In this document: one piece after another, positions 33,101 through 41,597 of the stretch | Layout: each line of letters opens with the position of its first letter | Position numbering within the stretch: the stretch's first letter is position 1 | DNA from: Myxococcota bacterium | GTDB taxonomy: Bacteria > Myxococcota_A > SURF-8 | Reading direction: 5' to 3' | Assembly (NCBI GenBank): GCA_965140415.1 | Contig: OZ223209.1 | Coordinates: 3,712,001-3,776,000, forward strand | Length of the DNA: 64,000 bases | Made by a program: the position numbers and the translations under genes | The notes under the pieces: model-generated | The model's database searches: none | Told to the model about the DNA's origin: nothing | What the model saw: only the letters and a program-made list of their open reading frames with translations

Positions 33101-33183
33101 TCAATACAGCACGTATCCATGCACAGGAACAAGCCTTGATTTTGTTCCAGGAAGTGGAAGAACTTTACAAGACCCCAGTATAA
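30154..33183 (+). CDS. Hybrid REC-HisKA-HATPase(degenerate)-REC-HD-HD-GYP signalling protein
   Basis: ILVVDD..SDINMP; GIAHDFNN; second REC ILFVDD..TDVMMP; HDIGK...HHERLDGEGYP..AVADVF.A.TEDRPYR. Start may be 30199. Confidence 0.88.
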   Translation: MPFPTLMFAYCGVSKMPLPASLDNPSNTDETILPVENSDFTILVVDDLPEFRHFLFRSLQKEGYRVFEAETVSDAQTILDAEKIDVVLSDINMPGKDGLALLRDMKVTHPKVPLILITGKPSITTAIDAVHQGAFDYLQKPCPRVVMNETVARAIQKRALFLSEKKQLIEAQQAKRKFEEQFHHAKKMEAITKMAGGIAHDFNNLLTGIMGNADLAMDELEKNHPVREYMKDIMDIADRAADMTRQMLAFSRKRVSEPKVLNINALLENLRKLIGQMIGSSIELNMELNRHVGNIKVDPGQMEQAIINLVIHAKSVMPEGGQLSITTSEQDLKDDDFIMDSPVVAGKYVTVTIQDNALAMNNETRKNIFEPVFNNETLNMANGLGLSIVHGIVKQHNGDIDVTSQPGKGNTFTIYLPRTLEAIDPLAKQSRRDKFQRGTETILFVDDNETVRNAGVLLLKRLGYRVLDAEDAEQALSLADNYQLPIHLLFTDVMMPKMNGKELAAKFTEKRPECRVLYTSGYVDGDVIQKGILSEDAQILNKPFDISDLSVKVRAILDETDSNEFSGLNNGVKASGLPVSIVADSESGEIPQITLVDVVFGLNKAIDLVSPTLVDHHSKVAYIAGRIAEQMGLSERDQMDLILAGAIHDIGALATKDSFQSLAFETETITNHSEAGYLLLKDFPSLHDVARIVRCHHVKWNGGKNSDEASCESPVNSHILHLADRIAVQINEKEDILQQKTKICDNIRLRTGDMFVPSIVDAFLSLEQVQSFWLDIVTSPWSVLDRLTPLRTEYLDLDSLLDLGSMMAKLIDFRSRFTATHSSGVAESAFQLAQLAGFSNVEMKLIKIAGFFHDIGKLSVPNEILEKPGRLDEYDLYVMQKHPYYTHLILEALKGMQIVNKWASLHHERLDGEGYPFHMQANDLAMGSRIMAVADVFTAITEDRPYRKGMSDEKAIGVLTSMSENKALDTSVVNLLVENWENVNTARIHAQEQALILFQEVEELYKTPV

Positions 33184-33347
33184 TATTCGAATTTCTTCTT
33201 TCAAGAAGCTGGAAACGTAAGTAACAAAGTCGTCGAGTTTGTTGCCAAAACGAAAGCCATGCTCCTGCCGAAAAGGCTGAAGCATGGCTTCCATTTGCAT
33301 GTCGGGGAGAAAAGATTTCTCCAGCTATGCCATTCACAAAACCGGAA

Positions 33348-34190
33348 TCAGATTCTTTCCAGGTAGCGTGAGGTGAAGTATTCATCTTTCACGCTGTCAC
33401 TCAGTTGGATCTTGTCGATTTTCATAGTCGAGCGCCGACCGTTCTGCTTGTTGACCATTTCCATCATCATGGGACGATAGCGCTTTTTCTTGGGGTCGAT
33501 CAGCTTGATGTCGCTGGCGGTCAACTGTTTGAGCAGTTCGCCATCCAGATCGTAATACATCGCCTGCCGGATGGTGAAATCCACCTTGCCGATCCAGGCC
33601 ACTTTTCTCGAATAACCGTCCTCGTCCGCAATATCTTCATTGACCGGCGTACTTTCGATCACCCAGCAATCCACGCCGCTATTCTTCTCCTCTTTGAGCA
33701 TCTTGTAGGTGTAGTTGTCCAGAATCGGAATGTTCATGTCGCCATAGGCGAATTCGCTGCCCATGAAACTTTTGGATTTTTCCGAACTGATGATGCGCCG
33801 GGTTTTGCGCAGCGACGGCATGAACATCCACATGTCGTCGTCTTTCTTTTCGTAGTCGTAAGTCATAAAGCCGGTGTTTTTAACATCCGCCGGGGAAAGA
33901 AAGCGCGACAGCTTCTTCTCGGTCTTGCCATCATCATACAACTTGCTGACCATCGCCATCTTTCGCTCGCGCTTCTGCCCCTTCTCGTTGTATATCACCA
34001 TGGTCTGCACCGCTTCTGCGGCATCCAGTTTGCGGGAATCGAAAGTCTGTTCCATGATGTCGCGTGCGCTTTGTGCTTTCTGAGCTTTAACCGTCGGCTG
34101 TGCTTGAGCGGTCTGTTGCAACAGCACCCACATTGCAACCAATGCCAATCCTGCCAATACGACCTTGTTCAATGTTTTTGTCCAGTTCAT
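33348..34190 (-). CDS. Outer-membrane lipoprotein-sorting (LolA-like) protein
   Basis: FLSPADVKNT, MWMFMPSLRKTRRI, FMGSEF.Y.D, C-terminal FTSRYLER. Confidence 0.85.
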   Translation of the reverse strand: MNWTKTLNKVVLAGLALVAMWVLLQQTAQAQPTVKAQKAQSARDIMEQTFDSRKLDAAEAVQTMVIYNEKGQKRERKMAMVSKLYDDGKTEKKLSRFLSPADVKNTGFMTYDYEKKDDDMWMFMPSLRKTRRIISSEKSKSFMGSEFAYGDMNIPILDNYTYKMLKEEKNSGVDCWVIESTPVNEDIADEDGYSRKVAWIGKVDFTIRQAMYYDLDGELLKQLTASDIKLIDPKKKRYRPMMMEMVNKQNGRRSTMKIDKIQLSDSVKDEYFTSRYLERI

Positions 34191-34211
34191 ATTCGCCTCC
34201 TTCTCTATCGG

Positions 34212-36512
34212 TTAGTTCAAGCTTGCAACCTGTGTCTTGGGTTCCAAAAATTTGGGTTTGAAGATCAGACAAACTGCCGGCAACAGTACCAGCGCGCCAA
34301 ACAGACAGGCGCTGATACTCACCACAACCAGAATTCCGAAGAACTCCACCGGCAGGAAAACGGAAAGAATCAAAACGGAGAATCCGATCACCACGGACAG
34401 CGCATTGAACACAATACCCCGGCCTGCGGTCGTCAACGTCTTTGTCACTGCATCCGCATGAGCCAGCCCCCGCCCCAATTCTTCTTTGTAGCGCCATAGG
34501 AAATGAATGGTGTAGTCCACGCCGACACCGATCATGATCGAACTGAGCATGGCGGTGGCGATATTCAACTCGATGTTCATATATCCCATCAAACCGAACA
34601 GCAGCAGAATCGCCAGACCTAGCGGCACGGAAGCCAGCAGTCCTGCGACAGCGGAACGGAACAGGATTCCCACCAGCAGGGCAACCAGTCCCAACGATAA
34701 CAGCAGCGACAGAACCTGCCCGCGAATGACGTGCTCCACCAGGTCGCTGAAGAGATCGGCAAAGCCGCCGATCACCGTAAACGGGCTGTCCGGTCCCAGA
34801 TTTGCAATGTACGCCTTGACGTCATCCACCACGGCCTTATTGATCGAAGTCGCTCCGTCGTTGATACGCGCGCTGATATTGGCGTGCTGATACGGGAAAT
34901 CCACCAGGCGGTCGAAATCGTCCGGTTCGCCGCTCATCGAATACAACAGGAAATACTGGGCGATGGCGTCGCGGCTGTCGGGAATGCTGTCAAACGCCGG
35001 ATCGTCGTCGTTCATCACTTCGTTCATGTTGCGCACGACCTTAGCGATGGACGTAGTAATATCGACATGCGGACTTTCCAGTAAATGCTTTTCCATCGCA
35101 TCGATCTGCTTCATGATTTTCGGATCTTTGATGTCGCCCTCGGCCACAATGGACAATGAGGAAGAACCTCCGAAATTCGCGTTGACCAACTCGTTGGACT
35201 GCCATACTTCCGAACTGTGCGGGTAATAGTTGTTCGGGTTGGTATCCACCTTTAGGAAATAAATTCCGGTTGCGATCACAACCACTCCAATCAAAATCGC
35301 CAGCGCCACTCCAACGGGACGCTTTACGACCCAGCGGGCGGTTCTCGCCAACATGCGATCAAGCAATGACAGTTTGGTCTGCGATCCTTCACGGTGATCC
35401 AGTACCGGTTTGCTTTTAGGCAGAATGGAGAGCATGGCGGGAATGAAAAGCAGGCTGCCGATCAATGCATAACCAACGCCCACTGCTGCCAACACACCCA
35501 TCTGCTCGGCAGGAATGATGATATGCGTCAACAGGCAAAGCATACCGGCTATGGTCGTGATGCCGGTTGCGAGAATGGGGCGCGTCAACTCCATAATGCC
35601 CTTTTTCGCCAATCCTTTCTTATCCAGCGTTGTACCGGGAAGATTATCCTCCTGATAGCGGGCCATGATGTGAATACCGTAGTCGTTGGCCACGGCGATC
35701 AGCATCACCGGCAGAATGACCGTGACCATCTGGATTTTCCAGCCCAAGAGCGGAATCAATCCCATGGCGACCACAATCGCCATGATCGTCATCACGAATG
35801 GCAACACGACGCCACGCAACTGCCGGAAACAGACGAACAGGAAAATCAGCATGATCAATAACCCGACCGGCATGAAGCGCTGCATGTCGCCGCGAATGTC
35901 CTTGGTCAGGTTGACACGCACGAAGGGCATGCCTGCAATATGCACGGTTTCCGGTCCCGGATTGTCGTCGATGACCTTTTGAACGTGCGCCAAGGCATCC
36001 TCGTCACTGACGTGGAAATTCAAAAACCCGACGATGGCCGTGTGTTTGAAATCCTTGGATACGACCGAACCGTAGACCATGTCGTTGTCTACCAGATCCT
36101 TGCGCAGCTTTTCTCTGGACTTGTCGCTTTTCGGAATACGCTTGACCGCCGGATCGACGATCATGCTGCCCTCTTCACCCCTGATGTCCTTCAGCGTAAA
36201 CAGGCTGATCACCTTGTCGAAATCCTTGATGCGCTCCATCTGCTTGCTCATCTGCTTCAAGCGCTTCAAGGTATCGGCGTTTAAGACATCATCAGCGGAA
36301 ACGGTCAACATGATCATGTCCGTACCGCCGAATAGTTCCTCGATTTTATCCAGGTTGACCCGCGTGGGCATATCGTCCGGCAACTGGCTTTTAACCGCCG
36401 GGTCCACTTGAGCCTTGGGAAGCTGGCTACCGAAGAACACGGCAATCCCGACAACCAGGATAATGAACAGCCAGGGATATCGCACTACGGCATCGGCTAT
36501 CTTATTCAGCAT
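34212..36512 (-). CDS. MMPL/RND family transporter
   Basis: Two repeats of 1+5 TM topology; ANDYGIH and GVGVDYTIHF motifs. Confidence 0.9.
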   Translation of the reverse strand: MLNKIADAVVRYPWLFIILVVGIAVFFGSQLPKAQVDPAVKSQLPDDMPTRVNLDKIEELFGGTDMIMLTVSADDVLNADTLKRLKQMSKQMERIKDFDKVISLFTLKDIRGEEGSMIVDPAVKRIPKSDKSREKLRKDLVDNDMVYGSVVSKDFKHTAIVGFLNFHVSDEDALAHVQKVIDDNPGPETVHIAGMPFVRVNLTKDIRGDMQRFMPVGLLIMLIFLFVCFRQLRGVVLPFVMTIMAIVVAMGLIPLLGWKIQMVTVILPVMLIAVANDYGIHIMARYQEDNLPGTTLDKKGLAKKGIMELTRPILATGITTIAGMLCLLTHIIIPAEQMGVLAAVGVGYALIGSLLFIPAMLSILPKSKPVLDHREGSQTKLSLLDRMLARTARWVVKRPVGVALAILIGVVVIATGIYFLKVDTNPNNYYPHSSEVWQSNELVNANFGGSSSLSIVAEGDIKDPKIMKQIDAMEKHLLESPHVDITTSIAKVVRNMNEVMNDDDPAFDSIPDSRDAIAQYFLLYSMSGEPDDFDRLVDFPYQHANISARINDGATSINKAVVDDVKAYIANLGPDSPFTVIGGFADLFSDLVEHVIRGQVLSLLLSLGLVALLVGILFRSAVAGLLASVPLGLAILLLFGLMGYMNIELNIATAMLSSIMIGVGVDYTIHFLWRYKEELGRGLAHADAVTKTLTTAGRGIVFNALSVVIGFSVLILSVFLPVEFFGILVVVSISACLFGALVLLPAVCLIFKPKFLEPKTQVASLN

Positions 36513-37200
36513 TGTTTTCCCCCTCGACTATGGGATTGTACTTGCCTTCAAGCGCATTCTTCATTACCACCTGAATCCCTCCCAAAAACAGATCGGTCAC
36601 GATCATCGGATACACGCGGTAATAGTCTTCGCTTATTTCAAATATACCCAGATTCGCAATTATCGGTTTCAGTAGAAAGTGCGACGCCATCAACGAAACC
36701 AGACCCGGTCCAAGCGTGGGTAGCACGTAGGCGGGAATGTGATCCAGTGGGAACGATTCGGTCAGCTTGGGACGAATCGTCTTGATCAATTGCCCTATCC
36801 GCTTAGCTTTGAACTCGGCGATCTCCGGAAGATCGATGGGCAGCTCCATCAGGAAAATGCGCGTCGCTTCCTGGTTTTCTCTGAAAAACTGAATCACCTT
36901 CGCTATGAATCGCTGCAATCCTTCAATCGGTGGCAGTTCCTCTGCAAAGGATTCCCTTCCCAAATCCAAATAGCGTTCGAAAAAGCGGTCGATAATCGCC
37001 ATGAGCACCCCCGGTTTGGAACCGAAGTAATAGTTGATCATCGCGATATTGACATTCGCCTCTTTGGCCAGTTCCCGCACCCCGGTCGCTGCAAATCCCT
37101 TTTGGGCGAACAGCTTTTCCCCCGCAGTCAGAATGCGCTCGCGCGGCTCGGGAACGACGTCCTCTTCTATTGCCCGTTCAATCTCTTTGCTTGTCATCAC
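36502..37200 (-). CDS. TetR/AcrR family regulator
   Basis: RERILTAGEKLFAQKGFAATGVRELA..A.VN.AMINYYFGSK. Confidence 0.92.
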   Translation of the reverse strand: MMTSKEIERAIEEDVVPEPRERILTAGEKLFAQKGFAATGVRELAKEANVNIAMINYYFGSKPGVLMAIIDRFFERYLDLGRESFAEELPPIEGLQRFIAKVIQFFRENQEATRIFLMELPIDLPEIAEFKAKRIGQLIKTIRPKLTESFPLDHIPAYVLPTLGPGLVSLMASHFLLKPIIANLGIFEISEDYYRVYPMIVTDLFLGGIQVVMKNALEGKYNPIVEGENNAE

Positions 37201-37214
37201 TCACTCCACATTCC

Positions 37215-38873
37215 CTAAAAAGACACCTTGGCTTCCACATAACCCGCACTCTGGATCTGGTCGATCATTCCGAAAAGCGTATCGTCCGGTCCACCGTAAA
37301 TTTCGCCTCCGAACAGTATCTGCAATGCGTCGGTAATATCGTAGCTGATCTTCGGTCGCGCCAACCATTCCCAGGTGCTGAAGTTGACCATGCCGGAAAC
37401 TTCCAGCGACAGCGTCTCGTGCATCAGCGACCATTCGATGCGCGTAAAAGCGCTATGCTGCCAGCGTTCGGTCTGGCCATATATCTGCTGGTTTTTCTGC
37501 GCCAGTTGCTCCGTAACCTGTTTTTGCAGCATCGAATAAATCGCCGGGCGCGTCTGATCGTTCAGTTCCGGCAGCGGCGCACCCGAGCCGGACAAATCGC
37601 CCGTCGCTTCCTTTCGTTCCCAGTCGAATACGTACACGCCGACATACTGCACGATCACACTGACTTGCCCGGCGAACTCGCGATCCAGCCCCAGCACCCA
37701 GCGAATATCGGGATTGGCGGCATAGGGTTTGTCCTCGAAATCCACCGGACGGCGATAGGCGGCCTCGCCTCGCAACCCGAACCAGTCGCGCACCGGCGCG
37801 GAAAAGTCGAAGCCCGCCACATGCTGCCGGTAGGGTTTGCGGTCGATCAGCACCAGTAGCGCATCGTCCATCAGGCTGACGTCCTTTTCCTCCATGCTAA
37901 AGGCTAAACCAGGTTGAGGCGCATAGCCGTACAGATAGGAAAACGACATTTCCACTTCCGGCAGTTCCAGGTGAACGCGCCCCGCTCCCAGTCCGTTTTT
38001 GATCGACAGATCGGGAAAGTCCTCGCGCAATTGAATATTTTCCGGGAACGGCAACTGCGGCAATTCGGAGGCGGCATAAAAGGGCAGCCAAACACCTTCC
38101 AGGCGCACCGGGGAAACATTTAGAAACATGCGCAAGCCGAAGTTGGCCAGGCGGCGGTCATCCTCATCGGGGGAGCGCAGCGCCATGGTGGTCGGCGTCA
38201 GGTTGTTGGTCGGATTAATACCATCCGCCCTGCCCCACACGATGATCTGGTGCCCGATACGGAAATCGAAACGCCAAAGGTATAAATTGACATAGGCTTC
38301 GCGTAGATCCAGATGCATGGCCTGCTCGCCGTTTTCATGACCATAGCGGAAACGCATTTCGGCAAAACCGGAACCGTAGGGAGCTTTATTGACTCGCAAT
38401 TTCAGTCCGGCTTCTCCATATCCGCTTTTAATCTCCGCATCCGCCTTGCCCGGCATCTTGCCGACGTACAGATCGCCTCGAAGATGTCCGTTGAGTTCGA
38501 AGTTGAAACCGGCCACACTGGCACTCAAACCGGAAGTAGAAGTCGTTTCCGCATCCTCTTCGCTGGCAGCGACATCCACATCGCCACTGACGGCATCCTC
38601 GAACAACCCGGCCCAGGCCTGCAATGGCAACAACCACAACGCGAGACCGGCAAGCAACCAACGGAAAGGAAAAAACTGCTTTTTATTCTTTAGGCTGCCT
38701 CTAAAAATAGCTATTCGTCGCGAGAACGCATCCTTTGCGAGACCGGGCGTTTTTGGCAATCCGCAGGCATATCCTGTAGATACGGCGAGGATTGAGAGAA
38801 ACGATCCGGGCCGAAAAGTGGCGTTCGTAGCAGAATTTGGATTTTTAGAGGTAACCTTTATAGTAACCGTCAT
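37215..38873 (-). CDS. Outer-membrane protein (DUF1302-like)
   Basis: LREAYVNL, RIGHQIIVWGRADG.NPT, C-terminal YVEAKVSF; first gene of the operon with TetR/MMPL/LolA-like genes. Confidence 0.75.
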   Translation of the reverse strand: MTVTIKVTSKNPNSATNATFRPGSFLSILAVSTGYACGLPKTPGLAKDAFSRRIAIFRGSLKNKKQFFPFRWLLAGLALWLLPLQAWAGLFEDAVSGDVDVAASEEDAETTSTSGLSASVAGFNFELNGHLRGDLYVGKMPGKADAEIKSGYGEAGLKLRVNKAPYGSGFAEMRFRYGHENGEQAMHLDLREAYVNLYLWRFDFRIGHQIIVWGRADGINPTNNLTPTTMALRSPDEDDRRLANFGLRMFLNVSPVRLEGVWLPFYAASELPQLPFPENIQLREDFPDLSIKNGLGAGRVHLELPEVEMSFSYLYGYAPQPGLAFSMEEKDVSLMDDALLVLIDRKPYRQHVAGFDFSAPVRDWFGLRGEAAYRRPVDFEDKPYAANPDIRWVLGLDREFAGQVSVIVQYVGVYVFDWERKEATGDLSGSGAPLPELNDQTRPAIYSMLQKQVTEQLAQKNQQIYGQTERWQHSAFTRIEWSLMHETLSLEVSGMVNFSTWEWLARPKISYDITDALQILFGGEIYGGPDDTLFGMIDQIQSAGYVEAKVSF

Positions 38874-38910
38874 TTTCTCGTCCCTCTTCAGCTAGGATTT
38901 GGAAGCCACG

Positions 38911-38977
38911 ATCAAACGATTGACTTAAACATTCGTTTGATTTACTCCACCCTAAAAGTTAAACGATCGTTTGTCAA
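38911..38977 (-). promoter_or_regulatory. Sigma70 promoter with overlapping palindromic operators (probably TetR)
   Basis: Minus strand TTGACA(38972-38977)-N17-TAGGGT(38949-38954); palindrome AAACGATCGTTT in the spacer and ATCAAACGA..TCGTTTGAT at 38911-38941. Confidence 0.7.
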
Positions 38978-39160
38978 GTGCTTTTTTCTTTTTTTTCGGG
39001 ATCAAATACGCCTGCCGGTTGTCTAAACGGCGTTTGGTTGCTCGAAACAATACAGAGGTTGTACTTCCCTATGTTTTCTGGGATACTTTCACAAATTGGA
39101 AACGTACTCATAGTTTGCAGGCTGGGGAACTTTTACTAAAACGGTAAGTAGGAAATCATC

Positions 39161-40690
39161 ATGAAACATTTTGGATGGATTGTGCTGCTCGGATGGATAC
39201 TCGTTTCGCTTGTCAACTGTTCAGAAGATACCGACGCAGGAGAGATTTCCCGTGAATTATCCGAACGTTTAACCAACGCCTTGAATTTCGAAAACGGCGA
39301 AATTATCGACGAGCAACCGCCGGATGGCGAGTCGGGCTCGGATGCTCCGCAAATCAGTGACTGGGAAGGTGACGAGTTGGCAATCGATGCGCCCTTCGCT
39401 TTTTCGATTATCAGTTCTTTTAGCGAACCGGAGCAAGTTCATTACGTATTGGTACATGTTGAAGGTTCTCATCGTTACTTCCGTGTTGAAGCCGGACTGG
39501 CGGAGGGGCTGGCACAAGTCTTCGGTCGTGTTGCCAACGATAGCGGCCTTAGCGGCTATGGATTTACGCTGCGATTCGCTCTGCAAACAGCCGATGGTAA
39601 AACCGGCAGCTTCCATGAACAGCTTATGTACGTCGATTACAATAGCGAGCCAAGCCTTTCGCTTAGAGACGAAATGGGCACAATCACCCTTGAAGGCGAA
39701 GAATCCTTCGCCAGTGGTCGTCCCGCCGGTCAGAACGGTTCCGCTTTTCCTCAAATCATTGCCGTCAACGCACCCGATTTCGTGATAAACGGAGAATCGA
39801 TCACGCTCGATCTCACCACGAGCTACGAAGACGAAATCCTTTCCGCCATCGTAACCACTCCCGGCAATCCTGTTTACAAGCGAGTAGCTGGCACGCAGAC
39901 AGAGGGAAAATACACCATTACGGGAAAAATCGAGGGTGACGAACTCAGCATTGGAACGGAATGGATCTTCCTATTCGCCCTTGAAAATGCAGACGGCGTG
40001 GGCCTTTATCGAAGCTGGACCGTGCGCATCGGTCCTCCCTTTCCTACCGACGGCGACGGCGAGACCACCGATGGCGATCTTGTCGATGGCGATGCGACTG
40101 ACGGTGACACGATTGATGGCGATGCGGCAGACGGAGACACGATTGACGGCGATGCGACAGACGGCGATCTTGATACCGCCATGCCGGATACCTGGCTGGA
40201 TGTCGATACCGGCCTGACTTGGGAGAGCCCGACCCATGCCGATCTGAAAAACTGGGATGGTGCAACGAGCTATTGCAACGATCTATTCTTAGATGGTTCA
40301 TCAGATTGGCGACTGCCTTCTATTAATGAATTGCGCAGCCTGGTGCGCGATTGCGACAAATCCGCGTTTGGCGGATCTTGCGGCGTTTCCGATGTCTGCT
40401 CTTCCGAAACCTGTTTCGTCTTCAGCGAATGCGGCGGCTGCGCTTTCAACGCCGCCTGCTACAAGCCTTCCGAGTTGCAGGGCACCTGCGCCTATCACTG
40501 GTCGAGCACTCAAGCCAACGACCAGCAAGCCTGGGCGCTCAGTTACGAAAGCGGCGCGTTGTTCCTTTCCGGGGTCGTTTCGACATTGGTAGCTCGCTGC
40601 GTACGCGGAACCTGGGATCAACCCGATGGTGATGTGGATGGTGATAGCATCGATGGCGATCAGGCGGATGGCGACAGCAGCCAACCCTAG
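39161..40690 (+). CDS. Lipoprotein with DGD repeats and a DUF1566 (Lcl C-terminal-like) domain
   Basis: Lipobox LVNC; DGDxx repeats; DTGLTW..NWDGATSYC..L...DWRLPSINELRSL...WSST...RCVR. Confidence 0.82.
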   Translation: MKHFGWIVLLGWILVSLVNCSEDTDAGEISRELSERLTNALNFENGEIIDEQPPDGESGSDAPQISDWEGDELAIDAPFAFSIISSFSEPEQVHYVLVHVEGSHRYFRVEAGLAEGLAQVFGRVANDSGLSGYGFTLRFALQTADGKTGSFHEQLMYVDYNSEPSLSLRDEMGTITLEGEESFASGRPAGQNGSAFPQIIAVNAPDFVINGESITLDLTTSYEDEILSAIVTTPGNPVYKRVAGTQTEGKYTITGKIEGDELSIGTEWIFLFALENADGVGLYRSWTVRIGPPFPTDGDGETTDGDLVDGDATDGDTIDGDAADGDTIDGDATDGDLDTAMPDTWLDVDTGLTWESPTHADLKNWDGATSYCNDLFLDGSSDWRLPSINELRSLVRDCDKSAFGGSCGVSDVCSSETCFVFSECGGCAFNAACYKPSELQGTCAYHWSSTQANDQQAWALSYESGALFLSGVVSTLVARCVRGTWDQPDGDVDGDSIDGDQADGDSSQP

Positions 40691-40764
40691 CGGCAATCGC
40701 TTATTTTGTTCAGTGTGACGCCCAGGACGCTTTATTCGTATTTGCTTCTTATGCTTCTTTTTTG

Positions 40765-40914
40765 GTCGGACAGATTTTCTGTCCGACTTGCTTTTTCCCT
40801 TCCGTTGGAGCAGTTGAGATTGATACCGATATGATACATTTATATCTATAGTAGGTCGGGCAGATTCTGCCCGACATTGATTCAGAAATGTCGGATTCAC
40901 TGAATCCGAACTAC
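40765..40914. repeat. REP-like palindromes including an inverted GTAG...CTAC doublet (REPIN-like)
   Basis: GTAGGTCGGGCAGATTCTGCCCGACATT (40851) and inverted AATGTCGGATTCACTGAATCCGAACTAC (to 40914); related GTCGGACAGA-TTT-TCTGTCCGAC at 40765. Confidence 0.65.
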
Positions 40915-41597
40915 ACGAAAATGTTGCAAGCATCTCACTTGGTCTGCTCACGATTAGCGAGAGAGGATCGTTAAAAAGCAGATCGCAATCTCATAAAACT
41001 ATCTGCATAGCGCCGAGAGTGGCGGCAAACGGCGATATTGGACGCTAAAATGCCGGTAGACAAGCAGTAAATAGCCGCTAAAAGACCGTAAACAACCAGT
41101 GGGCTGTTCGCGCATGTTGCCCAATGCGGCTGGATGGGACCCTTCGCTGCGGCGTGCTGCATTATGCTGCACCAGGAAGTACTGTCGCTCTTCGTGCGGT
41201 TAGTGGCGTTTTAGTGCTCGTTTACGTGCGTTTACGTGCCAAGCCAAACACGCCCTGAACGCCGTGAAAACCGATGCTTCAAGACGAGCGTCTTGAGTCA
41301 TATTTCTTCGAAACAGCGTCTCCTACCCTGCTCCAAGAGTTACTCTTCCAGGTTGTAATGAGTCCCTTGAAGCCTCTGAAAAGTTGCTAAATCCAATCGG
41401 AAACGGCAAGAGATTTTTCCGTTTCTTTTCTTCTCCGTTAAATCCGGCTTTGTTGGTTGCATCCTGCCCGGATTTTGATATAGTTACCCGGCAAAAAGAA
41501 TGTGAACCCTGAATCGTCGTCTCGATCGAAGCCGTTCCGCTAACTTGGCGCAAGTACTAAAGGATCGGGCGCGATTCGTAGAAACAAGATTGGCAAA

